From positions 200,565-264,564 of the forward strand of contig JAYPVM010000002.1 of assembly GCA_038134595.1 (NCBI GenBank): a DNA stretch of 64,000 nucleotides, written 5' to 3'. The notes below the pieces were generated by a model that saw only the letters and a program-made list of their open reading frames with translations, searched no databases and was not told the DNA's origin. The stretch's first letter is position 1; each line of letters starts with the position of its first letter. The translations under genes and the position numbers were made by a program. Positions 39,140 through 48,242 of the stretch are shown one piece after another. This DNA is from Pseudomonadota bacterium. GTDB taxonomy: Bacteria; Bdellovibrionota_C; UBA2361; OMII01.

Positions 39140-40504
39140 TTGATGGATAGCACAGACTTCGTTACGTATTTTGATGCGGAGCTCGGACGGTTCATAGATG
39201 AGTGGAAGGAGTTCTTATCTTTTGAAAGCATATCAACGGATCCGGTTTTTAGCGGCCAATGCGATGCTTGTGCCGGTTGGATTGTGAGTCACTTGGAGCG
39301 TCTTGGATTTACGTGTTCATTGCTCTCAACAGAGGGAAAGCCCGTGGTTTTTGCCGAGTTAGAGGGAAGCCCTGAGAAGCCGACGGTTTTGTTTTATGGT
39401 CATTATGATGTTCAGCCAGTCGATCCCGTAGCACTATGGGAAAGCCCTCCGTTTAAGCCGGAGCTGCGTAACGGACGGATGTACGGCAGGGGCGCCCAGG
39501 ATAACAAGGGGCAGGTTTTTTACTTTATCAAAGCAATCGAGGCACTGCGGGCGTTTAATGTAGAGATCCCAACTGTAAAAATGCTCATTGAGGGTGAGGA
39601 AGAGTCGGGTAGTGAAGGGATAAGCAAAAAGCTGCACGAGTGGAAGGATAAAATAGCCGCGGATGTTTTGATGGTGTGTGATACCGGAATGATTGACCCG
39701 CAGGTTCCAACAGTAACTATGGGGCTCCGAGGGATGGCGGCTTGTGAGGTTCGAGTCTACGGACCTCGGTATGATTTACACTCCGGCGTTTTTGGTGGCA
39801 TAGTCGTCAATCCCCTCCAGGAGCTCGTTCGAATTGCTGGCCTGCTTCACGACAAGGATGGAAAGGTTGCGGTTCCGGGATTTTATGATGGGGTTGAGGT
39901 TCCATCGCCCGAGCTCGCCAAGCGAGCTCTCGAGGCCCCGTTAGACCTTGGGCGACTCGAACAGTCGGTCGGTGTGCCGTTTGTTGGCGGAGAGCAAAAT
40001 TTCGGTGTTCTGGAGCGACGTGGTTTGAGACCGACGCTTGAGATTAATGGAATCGGCGGCGGTTATCAGGGGGCAGGCGGTAAAACGGTCATCCCCTCGT
40101 CAGGGTTCATAAAGTTATCGATGAGATTAGTGGCGGGCCAAGACCCGGGTAGGATATTGGACGCTGTCGAAAAGTTTGTGATGGCCTCCGTGTCAGAGGG
40201 GTGTCGCGCTGAAATTTCAGAGAGAAATGTCGGGGGTGAAGCACTGCTGCTTCCTCTCGAGTCTGAAGTTTTGTCAAAAGCAGTAGAATCACTAGAGAAG
40301 GAGTTCGGGGCAAAGCCGGCGCTTCTCTGGGAAGGGGCGAGTATACCGATTATTCCTCTCTTACAGAGAACATCCGGAGCAGCGCCATTGCTCATCGGGT
40401 TCGGCCTCGAGGAAGATGCAATTCATTCCCCAAATGAGTCGTTCTCCTTAGACCAATTAAAAGATGGCTTTCGCTACGTATCAGCTCTTCTTAGGCAGTT
40501 ATGA
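39140..40504 (+). CDS. M20-family metallo-dipeptidase
   Basis: YGHYDVQP, GRGAQDNKG, EGEEESGS, DLHSG, HSPNE. Confidence 0.93.
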   Translation: MMDSTDFVTYFDAELGRFIDEWKEFLSFESISTDPVFSGQCDACAGWIVSHLERLGFTCSLLSTEGKPVVFAELEGSPEKPTVLFYGHYDVQPVDPVALWESPPFKPELRNGRMYGRGAQDNKGQVFYFIKAIEALRAFNVEIPTVKMLIEGEEESGSEGISKKLHEWKDKIAADVLMVCDTGMIDPQVPTVTMGLRGMAACEVRVYGPRYDLHSGVFGGIVVNPLQELVRIAGLLHDKDGKVAVPGFYDGVEVPSPELAKRALEAPLDLGRLEQSVGVPFVGGEQNFGVLERRGLRPTLEINGIGGGYQGAGGKTVIPSSGFIKLSMRLVAGQDPGRILDAVEKFVMASVSEGCRAEISERNVGGEALLLPLESEVLSKAVESLEKEFGAKPALLWEGASIPIIPLLQRTSGAAPLLIGFGLEEDAIHSPNESFSLDQLKDGFRYVSALLRQL

Positions 40505-41775
40505 TTGATAAGACGACGATGCCATTGGCGGAGAGGTTGCGACCGCGTTGTTTTGACGAATTTGCTGGCTTGGAATGCTTAGATGCTGACTTCATTGGGC
40601 AGGTTCGTGCGGGCTCCGGACGGATTCCGTCGTTAATTCTTTGGGGACCACCAGGCACCGGTAAAACAACGCTTGCAAAACTTGTGGGTGGTGCATTTGA
40701 TTGTCGATTCGTTGAACTCTCCGCGGTGCTAAGTGGGGTTAAAGAAGTGCGAGCTGTTGTTGAAAGTGCACAGGATTTTAAGGAGCCCACGCTTCTATTT
40801 GTCGACGAGATACATCGCTTTAACAAGGCTCAGCAAGATGCTTTTTTACCGCATGTGGAAAGTGGACGAATAGCGCTGATAGGGGCGACGACTGAGAATC
40901 CTTCATTTTATCTCACAAGAGCCTTACTGTCGCGATGTCGTTTGCTTGTCTTGTCATCACTAGATTCGGGAGCATTACGTAAGGTTCTTGAGCGGGCGAT
41001 TGTGCTACTCGAGGTTGGGGTGGAGGATGGCGCGAAGAGGATTATATGCGACCGTAGTCAAGGAGACGCCAGGAGAATGTTAAACCTCTATGAGAGTATC
41101 GCCCAAGCGTGGCAGTTGACGTCTGATAGCGATGCCGTGCGGTTAGTTAAAGAATCCTTCGTCGTGCAGTACCTGGAGAATGCCGGAGTTAGCGTTTATG
41201 ATCGCGATGGAGAGGAGCACTACAATCTTGCCTCCGCCTTTATAAAGAGTCTTCGAGGCTCTGATCCCGATGCCGCGCTCTATTACGGTTTTAGAATGCT
41301 CGAGGGGGGAGAGGATCCAAGGTTTCTTATTCGCAGGCTCGTTATTTTCGCAAGTGAGGATATCGGTAATGCGGACGGCCGCGCGCTACAGCTTGCGGTG
41401 GCTACTCTGACAGCTTTTGAACTGGTAGGGTTGCCAGAGGGGAGAATACCGATTGCGCAGTGCATTACATATCTTGCGACTGCTCCGAAATCGAATAAGA
41501 GCTACGTGGCCATGCATCGCGCCATTCGAGCGGTTGCTAACCATCCTAGCGCACCCGTTCCACTCTCGCTTCGAAATGGCGAGACCTCTCTAATGCGGGA
41601 CTTGGGATACGGAAAGGGATACGAGTATCCGCACGATGCCGACGGGGCATTTTTGCAGGGCAAGCGATATTTACCCGATAGTGTTGATGCGGGACCTTTT
41701 TATGAGCCTAGCGACCGAGGCGGTGAGAAGCTAATACGGGACAGGCAGGAATGGCTACGTAAACGAGCGCGATGA
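40501..41775 (+). CDS. rarA: Replication-associated recombination protein RarA/MgsA
   Basis: PLAERLRP, GPPGTGKTT, DEIHRFNKAQQD, ATTENP, SAFIKSLRGSDPDAA, ASEDIG, GYEYPH. Confidence 0.97.
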   Translation: MIDKTTMPLAERLRPRCFDEFAGLECLDADFIGQVRAGSGRIPSLILWGPPGTGKTTLAKLVGGAFDCRFVELSAVLSGVKEVRAVVESAQDFKEPTLLFVDEIHRFNKAQQDAFLPHVESGRIALIGATTENPSFYLTRALLSRCRLLVLSSLDSGALRKVLERAIVLLEVGVEDGAKRIICDRSQGDARRMLNLYESIAQAWQLTSDSDAVRLVKESFVVQYLENAGVSVYDRDGEEHYNLASAFIKSLRGSDPDAALYYGFRMLEGGEDPRFLIRRLVIFASEDIGNADGRALQLAVATLTAFELVGLPEGRIPIAQCITYLATAPKSNKSYVAMHRAIRAVANHPSAPVPLSLRNGETSLMRDLGYGKGYEYPHDADGAFLQGKRYLPDSVDAGPFYEPSDRGGEKLIRDRQEWLRKRAR

Positions 41776-41976
41776 GGATTGTCAGTAACTGGGTCTTGAT
41801 TGAACTTGTTTCACAAGCTAAGCACCTTTATTAAGGGAGCTTTATAGTATCTCACTTTTCTAAACTGAGATGGAGCGCTGGTTTTTCAATGGGCTTGAAT
41901 GAGGCTCCCTTCCTGCTAGCGTCCGTATATCGGGCGTGGGTTGTTTGATGGTATGTGATTAGATACAGTTGGCAAC

Positions 41977-43461
41977 ATGCTGAAACAAAACTGGCGCATA
42001 GTATCAATGCTCGAGCGCATTGGAGATAACGTAATTATCGTTGCATCGTTTGTCGCTGCCTATTTTGGTCGATCTTCGTTGTTGTATTGGAACGATTCGC
42101 TTCGTCTTTCCCTTCCGTTTGCAGGAGAACAATTGCTACCGCTGCAGGATTATTCGGTTGTATTATTGGCGGGTTTGGTTGGATACACGTTGGTCTTAAA
42201 TTCGATGGGAGCGTATGGTAGTATGCGTCTTTCATCGGTAGGAGCATTATTTCGAACAACCTTTATAAGCAGCGTCTTAGTATTTTTCGTCATAGCCGCA
42301 GTGCTCTTCGTCATAAAATTTTCAATAAGCCGCTCGTTTATTGGCTTGTTCGTTTTGTTGAGCGGTTGCGGCTTGACGCTCGAGCGGTATTTCGTACTTA
42401 AGCTTCTGAGGTATTGGCGCCGCCGGGGACGAAACTATCGAAATGTCATTGTCTGTGGGGTTGGCCAGCAGGCGCAGGCGCTTGCTAGGGAGCTGCGAAG
42501 TAGGCCAGAACTCGGAATTCACATAAGGGGTTTTGCAGATCTAGAGTTCGACGATGGTAGTAAGGTTCGCCGGTACGAAAGTTTACGGAGCGGTGTCGGA
42601 CTCGATATTCCTACAGGAAGAATTCTTAAAGGGGTTCCAGAGGTTGCAAAGGCATTACAAGACTATGCCATAGACGAGGTCATTTTCACGGATGTTGTAA
42701 GCGTGCTTGCTCGCGTTGAGGATTTAATATCTATCTGCGGAGAGCAGGGAATTAGGGCCACAATTGTCGCAGATATTTTTAGCATGGGACTTAAGAATTC
42801 GGAGATGAGCTATTTCGGTGGAATGCCGCTTATCCATTTTCAGACTCCTCCGGGGACATTATGGGCGTTGAGTTGTAAGCGTCTTATAGATGTATTTGTA
42901 TCGACCGTGCTTTTGACGTTACTCGTGCCGTTACTACCAGTTTTTGCTGTAGGTGTTAAGACTACTAAGGGGCCGGTGTTTTTTAGGCAACGGAGAATGG
43001 GGCTAAATGGGCGAATCTTTTGGCTCCTGAAATTTCGATCGATGGTGGATGGTGCAGATCAGAATCAACAGTCTCTTCGTGCAAGAAATGAGATGCAAGG
43101 CCCCACGTTCAAGATAGCTCAAGACCCAAGGATCACATCTTTTGGTCGGTTTCTTAGGCGATTTAGTTTGGACGAATTGCCGCAGTTGTGGAATGTTTTT
43201 GTTGGAGAGATGAGTTTGGTGGGGCCTAGGCCCCCGTTGCCCGGTGAGGTGAGTTTATACGACCGAAGAAGCAGGCGGCGGCTTTCGATGCGACCGGGAT
43301 TGACGTGCATTTGGCAGGTTAGTGGACGTAATGAGATTGCCGATTTTAAGGATTGGGTTGCATTGGATTTAGCATATATCGACAACTGGTCACTTCTCCA
43401 GGATTTTTGCTTGTTGATTCGAACTGTTCCTGCGGTTCTCTTCGGGCGAGGCGCCCATTAG
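41977..43461 (+). CDS. Undecaprenyl-phosphate sugar phosphotransferase (WcaJ/CpsE type)
   Basis: N-terminal TMs, KRLID, GPVFFRQRRMG, KFRSM, DPRIT, SLDELPQLWNV, SLVGPRP, PGLTCIWQ. Confidence 0.93.
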   Translation: MLKQNWRIVSMLERIGDNVIIVASFVAAYFGRSSLLYWNDSLRLSLPFAGEQLLPLQDYSVVLLAGLVGYTLVLNSMGAYGSMRLSSVGALFRTTFISSVLVFFVIAAVLFVIKFSISRSFIGLFVLLSGCGLTLERYFVLKLLRYWRRRGRNYRNVIVCGVGQQAQALARELRSRPELGIHIRGFADLEFDDGSKVRRYESLRSGVGLDIPTGRILKGVPEVAKALQDYAIDEVIFTDVVSVLARVEDLISICGEQGIRATIVADIFSMGLKNSEMSYFGGMPLIHFQTPPGTLWALSCKRLIDVFVSTVLLTLLVPLLPVFAVGVKTTKGPVFFRQRRMGLNGRIFWLLKFRSMVDGADQNQQSLRARNEMQGPTFKIAQDPRITSFGRFLRRFSLDELPQLWNVFVGEMSLVGPRPPLPGEVSLYDRRSRRRLSMRPGLTCIWQVSGRNEIADFKDWVALDLAYIDNWSLLQDFCLLIRTVPAVLFGRGAH

Positions 43462-43570
43462 TGGGAGGCATAGCCTATCTATAGGTCTTCCGTCTGCTCC
43501 GTTCGGCAGGCAATGTCGAGGCATTAGAGAGGTTGGGTGAAGACTTCTGTCTAATCGTTGTGTTGAGGGG

Positions 43571-44218
43571 TTATTGTAAGAGCTTGCCGTTTAATCTAGC
43601 GATGTTGAGTTGTTTCGCGACGGAAATCATCTGATGTGAGTCGGAACATCGTGAAATTGTAAGGTCAAGTAGGCCGTTTTTTGCGATCGGAATCTGCAAC
43701 CGACATGCGCCGTTAGCTTCTCGGAGGTATTTGGCACTAATGCCTTGAATGTCTATCGGATGGGATGCAATCACGTCGATAAATGGGGGAGCAAGTTTTT
43801 TAAGGCTCAGCAATGCGCCATTCTCTGCGAGAAGTTGCAACTGGGGCTTTGGCACTAGCACTGAAAGGTTGATCGTTATTTTCTGGGTGTTCGAAAAAGA
43901 AACGCTCGCAAGCGCTACTTCTTCGGTAATTCGGAAGAGATGATTACTTAATTTCCAGCCCGGTAGTTTTACGGCTAACCAATTGGCAAGATCTCTCGGC
44001 GCGCGCTCATTGGCGAATAACGATTCATAGGGGGTCAGGAAGGTGCCCTTCTTTACAGGGATATGCCGCTTCTTCGCCTGGTGCGATGATTCTAATTTTT
44101 GGTAATCTCTGGAGGTCGTCACAATATCGAGTGCATCACCAGCAGCAAAAGAACTACAAGAAATTAGCCCGACGAGGATACTAAGTTTAGTGGCACTGTT
44201 CTTTAACTTGCAACGCAC
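43571..44218 (-). CDS. Hypothetical exported protein
   Basis: 215-aa ORF with a signal-peptide-like N-terminus, co-oriented with the upstream receiver-domain gene. Confidence 0.6.
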   Translation of the reverse strand: MRCKLKNSATKLSILVGLISCSSFAAGDALDIVTTSRDYQKLESSHQAKKRHIPVKKGTFLTPYESLFANERAPRDLANWLAVKLPGWKLSNHLFRITEEVALASVSFSNTQKITINLSVLVPKPQLQLLAENGALLSLKKLAPPFIDVIASHPIDIQGISAKYLREANGACRLQIPIAKNGLLDLTISRCSDSHQMISVAKQLNIARLNGKLLQ

Positions 44219-44245
44219 TGTTTCTGCCCGTATCGTATCTACTAA

Positions 44246-44974
44246 TTAAACCATATCCTCTGATAACCGCGAAGAGGATAACCGCTTTCGCAGTCTTCCC
44301 AGTCTCGTGGCTGGGCCGCGGCATTTTTCTACGCAAAATCTCTCGAGAGCTTCAACAAGACCTTGGTCGCCACCTTTTGCGAATATATGCGCTAGCTCCG
44401 AAGCTTGTCGTAGCGCTGATTCGGCTCTGCCAAGCTCGCGTTGGGCGGTCTGAAATTGCTTCGCCTGTCGTTGAACTGTTGCAAGTCTATCTAGACTTGT
44501 CATCATAATAGCGACGAGGGCTTCGTTTCTATCTTTCGCTGTTTTTATGATATCTGGTATCGGCTCACCTTTCGTGGCGAGACACACCGATGCCTCGACA
44601 GTCTCTCTAGTAAATGGTTTAACGAGATAACCCTTGGCCCCCAGGACCAGAAGTTCAAAGACGTCATCAACACTGGGATTGGCGGAACTAGGTATTGCTA
44701 TTATTTCCGGTGCAATGTCGATAACCTCAGAGAACCATTCTTGCACAGGATAGTTGTCCTTTTTTGCATCGAAAATAATGTGCGTAAATTTTCTTCCCTC
44801 AAATTTATCGAGAGATGATAAGTGGTTTGTGGCCTCAGAGACGCGTCCGAAGCCGAGCCTTTTCATGGTAGCTCGTAGTAGGTTTCTCTCTGCTGGATCA
44901 GGCTCAACGATAAGGATTGAGCTACTTGCCCGTTCAATCTGGGAGAATAAATCTTTGTTGCCTGAGACTCTCAT
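44246..44974 (-). CDS. Response regulator receiver with an unrecognised helical C-terminal domain
   Basis: ILIVEPD, HIIFD, GAKGYLVKPF; C-terminal coiled-coil-like region. Confidence 0.75.
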   Translation of the reverse strand: MRVSGNKDLFSQIERASSSILIVEPDPAERNLLRATMKRLGFGRVSEATNHLSSLDKFEGRKFTHIIFDAKKDNYPVQEWFSEVIDIAPEIIAIPSSANPSVDDVFELLVLGAKGYLVKPFTRETVEASVCLATKGEPIPDIIKTAKDRNEALVAIMMTSLDRLATVQRQAKQFQTAQRELGRAESALRQASELAHIFAKGGDQGLVEALERFCVEKCRGPATRLGRLRKRLSSSRLSEDMV

Positions 44975-44984
44975 GTGCTCGTTT

Positions 44985-45012
44985 TTGTATCCTTAAGAAA
45001 CCGATCTAATCT
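44985..45012 (+). promoter_or_regulatory. Candidate sigma70 promoter of the 6S-like RNA
   Basis: TTGTAT-N16-TAATCT ends 8 nt before the first paired base of the rod. Confidence 0.4.
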
Positions 45013-45020
45013 GTTTTCAC

Positions 45021-45180
45021 AGCAAAGCCCTATTTTGGCGAGGCCTACCGTAGGGTTCGGCATTAAGTGCGGGGTTCTTGAGGATAAATTTTGGGTTGCA
45101 TTCGGTATCGTTCAGTTAATTCCGAACAAAAATAGACATTTAAGCTAAGACTTCTTGTCAGAATGAGCAGAACCTTTGCT
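45021..45180 (+). ncRNA. ssrS: Probable 6S RNA
   Basis: Collinear stems AGCAAAG/CTTTGCT, 45031-43/45153-65 (8 WC + 5 G-U), GTTCGG/CCGAAC and ATTAA/TTAAT around a central bubble; directly upstream of ygfA, the established ssrS context. Confidence 0.6.
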
Positions 45181-45220
45181 TTAATTGCGTTTCTTAGGAA
45201 TTACTCGTACCCTAGCTAGT

Positions 45221-45832
45221 ATGACGAGAAATTCGAAAAAAGAGTTACGTAAGGATATGAAGCTGCTGCTTTCCAACCTTGATTCAAGGTGGATAGATAA
45301 AGCACAAATGGAGTTGTGCTCGCAACTTACGTCTCTGTTACTATCTTTTCATAGCCAGCAGTATAGCTTTCGAAATGTGCTCATGTGGATTCCGGCTTTT
45401 GCAGGAGAAGCTGATTTAAGTGAGTGTGTAGATGATATGCTGTCGGTAAGCTCTGTTTATCTACCTCGAATCGACTCTAATAACTCAATGTCATTTTATC
45501 GAATATTTGATGACTGGCGGGATAACCTTGAACTCGGCACGCGGGGAGTCAGGCAGCCTATGCAGGATTATGGAGAGCTTTTCATTCCCAAACAGGATGA
45601 ATTGAATGTTGTCGTGATACCAGGCGTTGCATTCTCTACAGATGGAAAGCGACTCGGTCGAGGGGGTGGTCACTACGACCGGTACCTTGGGGACGATCGG
45701 CTTGCTGGCGCTGTGAAAATTGGGGTCTGCTGGTCGATGCAGGTTACCCAGAATATACCAATTGATGCGCACGATGTTTCTATGGATTGGGTGTGCTTCG
45801 AACGGGGGGCGTTACGGGTAAATGATGGATAG
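45221..45832 (+). CDS. ygfA: 5-formyltetrahydrofolate cyclo-ligase
   Basis: KKELRK, VYLPRI, VVIPGVAF, RLGRGGGHYDRYL, HDVSMD. Confidence 0.92.
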   Translation: MTRNSKKELRKDMKLLLSNLDSRWIDKAQMELCSQLTSLLLSFHSQQYSFRNVLMWIPAFAGEADLSECVDDMLSVSSVYLPRIDSNNSMSFYRIFDDWRDNLELGTRGVRQPMQDYGELFIPKQDELNVVVIPGVAFSTDGKRLGRGGGHYDRYLGDDRLAGAVKIGVCWSMQVTQNIPIDAHDVSMDWVCFERGALRVNDG

Positions 45833-46646
45833 TGTTAAGGTGCATGAAAAGCGACTAGGCGTAGTCCGTGTGATATTTTTAGGCGATGTGGTCGGACGGC
45901 CCGGACGCAGCGTTATCAAAGACAGGCTCGCAGGATTTCGTGAGAAAATTAGTGCGGATATTGTGATTGCAAACGGAGAGAACGCGGCAGGAGGCGCGGG
46001 GATAGACTCAGCAACAGCCATAGAATTAAAGAACGCTGGTGTTGATCTTATAACCCTGGGAGATCATGCCTTTCAGCGAAAAGGATCAGCTGAATTTCTA
46101 GATGCAAACAGCGACTGGTGTATTCGCCCCGCAAATCTTCCTCAGCAGACCACGCCCGGAAAGGGATTGTGCAGATATCGGCTGCCGGACTTCTCCGTAG
46201 AGATAGTATTGATAAACTTACTTGGTAGAGTTTTTATATCAAACGTTGCAGAGAGTCCGTTTTTTGAGATGGATAAGTTTTTGAATAGTGAGATCACTAC
46301 AGATGGCGTGATCACGATCTGTGATTTCCACGCAGAAGCCACATCAGAGAAGTGGGCTATGGCAAGACACACCGACGGCAAGCTCGCAATGCTCGTTGGT
46401 ACTCACACACACGTACAAACATCGGATGCTCAGATACTACCGCACGGTACAGCCTACATTACGGACTTGGGCATGACAGGGTCGCCCGAGGGAGTGATTG
46501 GAATGAAGAGTAGTGTTGCCCTTAACCGTTTTCTCTCCCCTAGGCCTGCGCCGTATGAGATAGCGCCGGGAGAGGGGGTAATGCGTGGTGTTATCGCTGA
46601 CTTCTGTGTAGAAACCTGCAAGGCTAAGTCGATAATCTCCCTTTAG
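45822..46646 (+). CDS. ymdB: YmdB-family metallophosphoesterase
   Basis: FLGDVVGRPGR, NGENAAGG, TLGDH, IRPAN, DFHAEATSEK, GTHTHVQT, TDLGMTG. Confidence 0.92.
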   Translation: MMDSVKVHEKRLGVVRVIFLGDVVGRPGRSVIKDRLAGFREKISADIVIANGENAAGGAGIDSATAIELKNAGVDLITLGDHAFQRKGSAEFLDANSDWCIRPANLPQQTTPGKGLCRYRLPDFSVEIVLINLLGRVFISNVAESPFFEMDKFLNSEITTDGVITICDFHAEATSEKWAMARHTDGKLAMLVGTHTHVQTSDAQILPHGTAYITDLGMTGSPEGVIGMKSSVALNRFLSPRPAPYEIAPGEGVMRGVIADFCVETCKAKSIISL

Positions 46647-46649
46647 GCT

Positions 46650-46670
46650 CTAACGCTAAAACGGCGTTAG
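46650..46670 (+). terminator. Hairpin after ymdB
   Basis: CTAACGCT-AAAAC-GGCGTTAG 8-bp stem; no strong U tract. Confidence 0.4.
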
Positions 46671-46769
46671 CTAATTCGGCGCTCGTTAAAACTGAGCACT
46701 TTATCGCTATTGGCGCATCCAACTCCTTGTTGTTCCCGTTTCACCATTTGAGAATAGAGAGGGGATAGT

Positions 46770-47522
46770 ATGAAACAGTGGCGCGTTAGTTTGCTTCGTT
46801 TGGTAGTTTGTTTGGGTCTGTTTGTGGCGTTCTTGCAGGACAGCGGAGCTCAAGACAAATATCCGATGGATAGAAATCCCGATGGGTTTGGAGCCTATCA
46901 TCGCACTCCAGCATACCGCGAATCGGAGTCGCACCCGTTGCGAATTCTTGCCTATATTGTTCACCCAATAGGGTGGTTGGCTAGAGAGGTTATCTTTCGC
47001 CCGTTTAGTTATTTTGCGTCGTCTACTCCCGAAACTCGGGCGCTTTTAGGATATCGAGATCCGTATGACTACCGGAACCCGAGCTGTTTTTCAGGTTCAG
47101 ACTCTATACCCAACTGTAGGTCGCTCCCGCCATTTGCCACAGCTGATGTGATCGAAGATGAGACAAGTCTTTCTAGGCAGGTAGTGTATTTTCCGGATGT
47201 GAATTTTGACTTTGATAAACGTCGATTAAACAAAGCTGGTGAGCGAAAGGCAGCGATCGTGGCTAACATGCTTAAAGTCGGAGAGCCTCTTTCTATTGAA
47301 TTACAGGGATATGCCGACTCACGTGGCTCAGACTCTTATAACATGAAACTGGGAATGGACCGAGCAGATGCTGTTAAATCGGAGCTTGTCAGGCTTGGTG
47401 TCCCCAACGAAAGTTTGTATACAGTATCGTTTGGGGAGCGTAAGCCCCTTTTCGAGGAAGAAGAAGCTTGGGCACACGCTGCCAACAGGCGGGTAGAGGT
47501 GCACTTGGCGAAGGGTAATTAG
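46770..47522 (+). CDS. Exported OmpA-like C-terminal domain (peptidoglycan-binding) protein
   Basis: Signal peptide; VNFDFDK, GYADSRGSDSYNMKLGMDRA, SFGE, ANRRVE. Confidence 0.88.
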   Translation: MKQWRVSLLRLVVCLGLFVAFLQDSGAQDKYPMDRNPDGFGAYHRTPAYRESESHPLRILAYIVHPIGWLAREVIFRPFSYFASSTPETRALLGYRDPYDYRNPSCFSGSDSIPNCRSLPPFATADVIEDETSLSRQVVYFPDVNFDFDKRRLNKAGERKAAIVANMLKVGEPLSIELQGYADSRGSDSYNMKLGMDRADAVKSELVRLGVPNESLYTVSFGERKPLFEEEEAWAHAANRRVEVHLAKGN

Positions 47523-47547
47523 ACCTGCCCAGAAACGCGGGTCTAAT
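47518..47547. terminator. Hairpin overlapping the stop codons of convergent genes
   Basis: ATTAGACCTGC/GCGGGTCTAAT 11-bp stem (1 G-U), 8-nt loop. Confidence 0.55.
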
Positions 47548-48223
47548 CGTTAACGATCTTTTGTACTTCAATCGCCCGACTTCCATGCGCCGAAGGTGTT
47601 CGGATTGTTTTGGTAGTAGCACCTTCGGTCTCGCTCTCTGGTCTTGTCACACCAATCCACTCCAGAAGCTGCCGTACAGGCGATCGACGATTTTCCTGAT
47701 AGGAGATTAGCGACCGAATCGTTTGGGTCTCTGAGAGTAGAAGAATCTGATCTCTCTCAGATTTCTCTTCAAGCCGTTCGATTCTCTCTTGCAACCATGT
47801 CCGCTGGCTTTTGAGGTCAGCAATCTCTGAGTCTTTCGAGTCTAGGATGCGCTCTTGGATATCTATGAGGTTCTGGAGCCTTTGAAGCTCCCGCTCTTGG
47901 GACATGTCGGTAGTGGAGATTGAATGGTTGGTATCACCGTTGCCAGCTCCGGTGCATGTGCTCATCTCCTCTGTACGATGGGTGGTCGGTACTTCTTCAG
48001 AAACTGTGGTGGTGGTGTTCCTTGCGGCCTCACTTCGGATTTGCTCGTGAGTGTCAATGCCACCGAATATCTCAACAAGCTGCCTCCGTGAATAGAGCGG
48101 CTGACCGTCAACTGTGTCTGTAACCTCAAGATAGCCCGACTCCTTAAAGCGGCGAAGGGTTTTGGCGGAGACTCCAGCAAGGTCTGTAGCCTCTAGTTCT
48201 GTGCATGTGTCAGTTGTATTCAT
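47543..48223 (-). CDS. MerR/excisionase-type HTH plus coiled-coil protein
   Basis: EATDLAGVSAKTLRRFKESGYL HTH with wing, Thr-rich linker, heptad region (ELQRLQNLI...LQERIERLEE). Confidence 0.75.
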   Translation of the reverse strand: MNTTDTCTELEATDLAGVSAKTLRRFKESGYLEVTDTVDGQPLYSRRQLVEIFGGIDTHEQIRSEAARNTTTTVSEEVPTTHRTEEMSTCTGAGNGDTNHSISTTDMSQERELQRLQNLIDIQERILDSKDSEIADLKSQRTWLQERIERLEEKSERDQILLLSETQTIRSLISYQENRRSPVRQLLEWIGVTRPESETEGATTKTIRTPSAHGSRAIEVQKIVND

Positions 48224-48242
48224 TAAATTGCCCCTGAACTGC

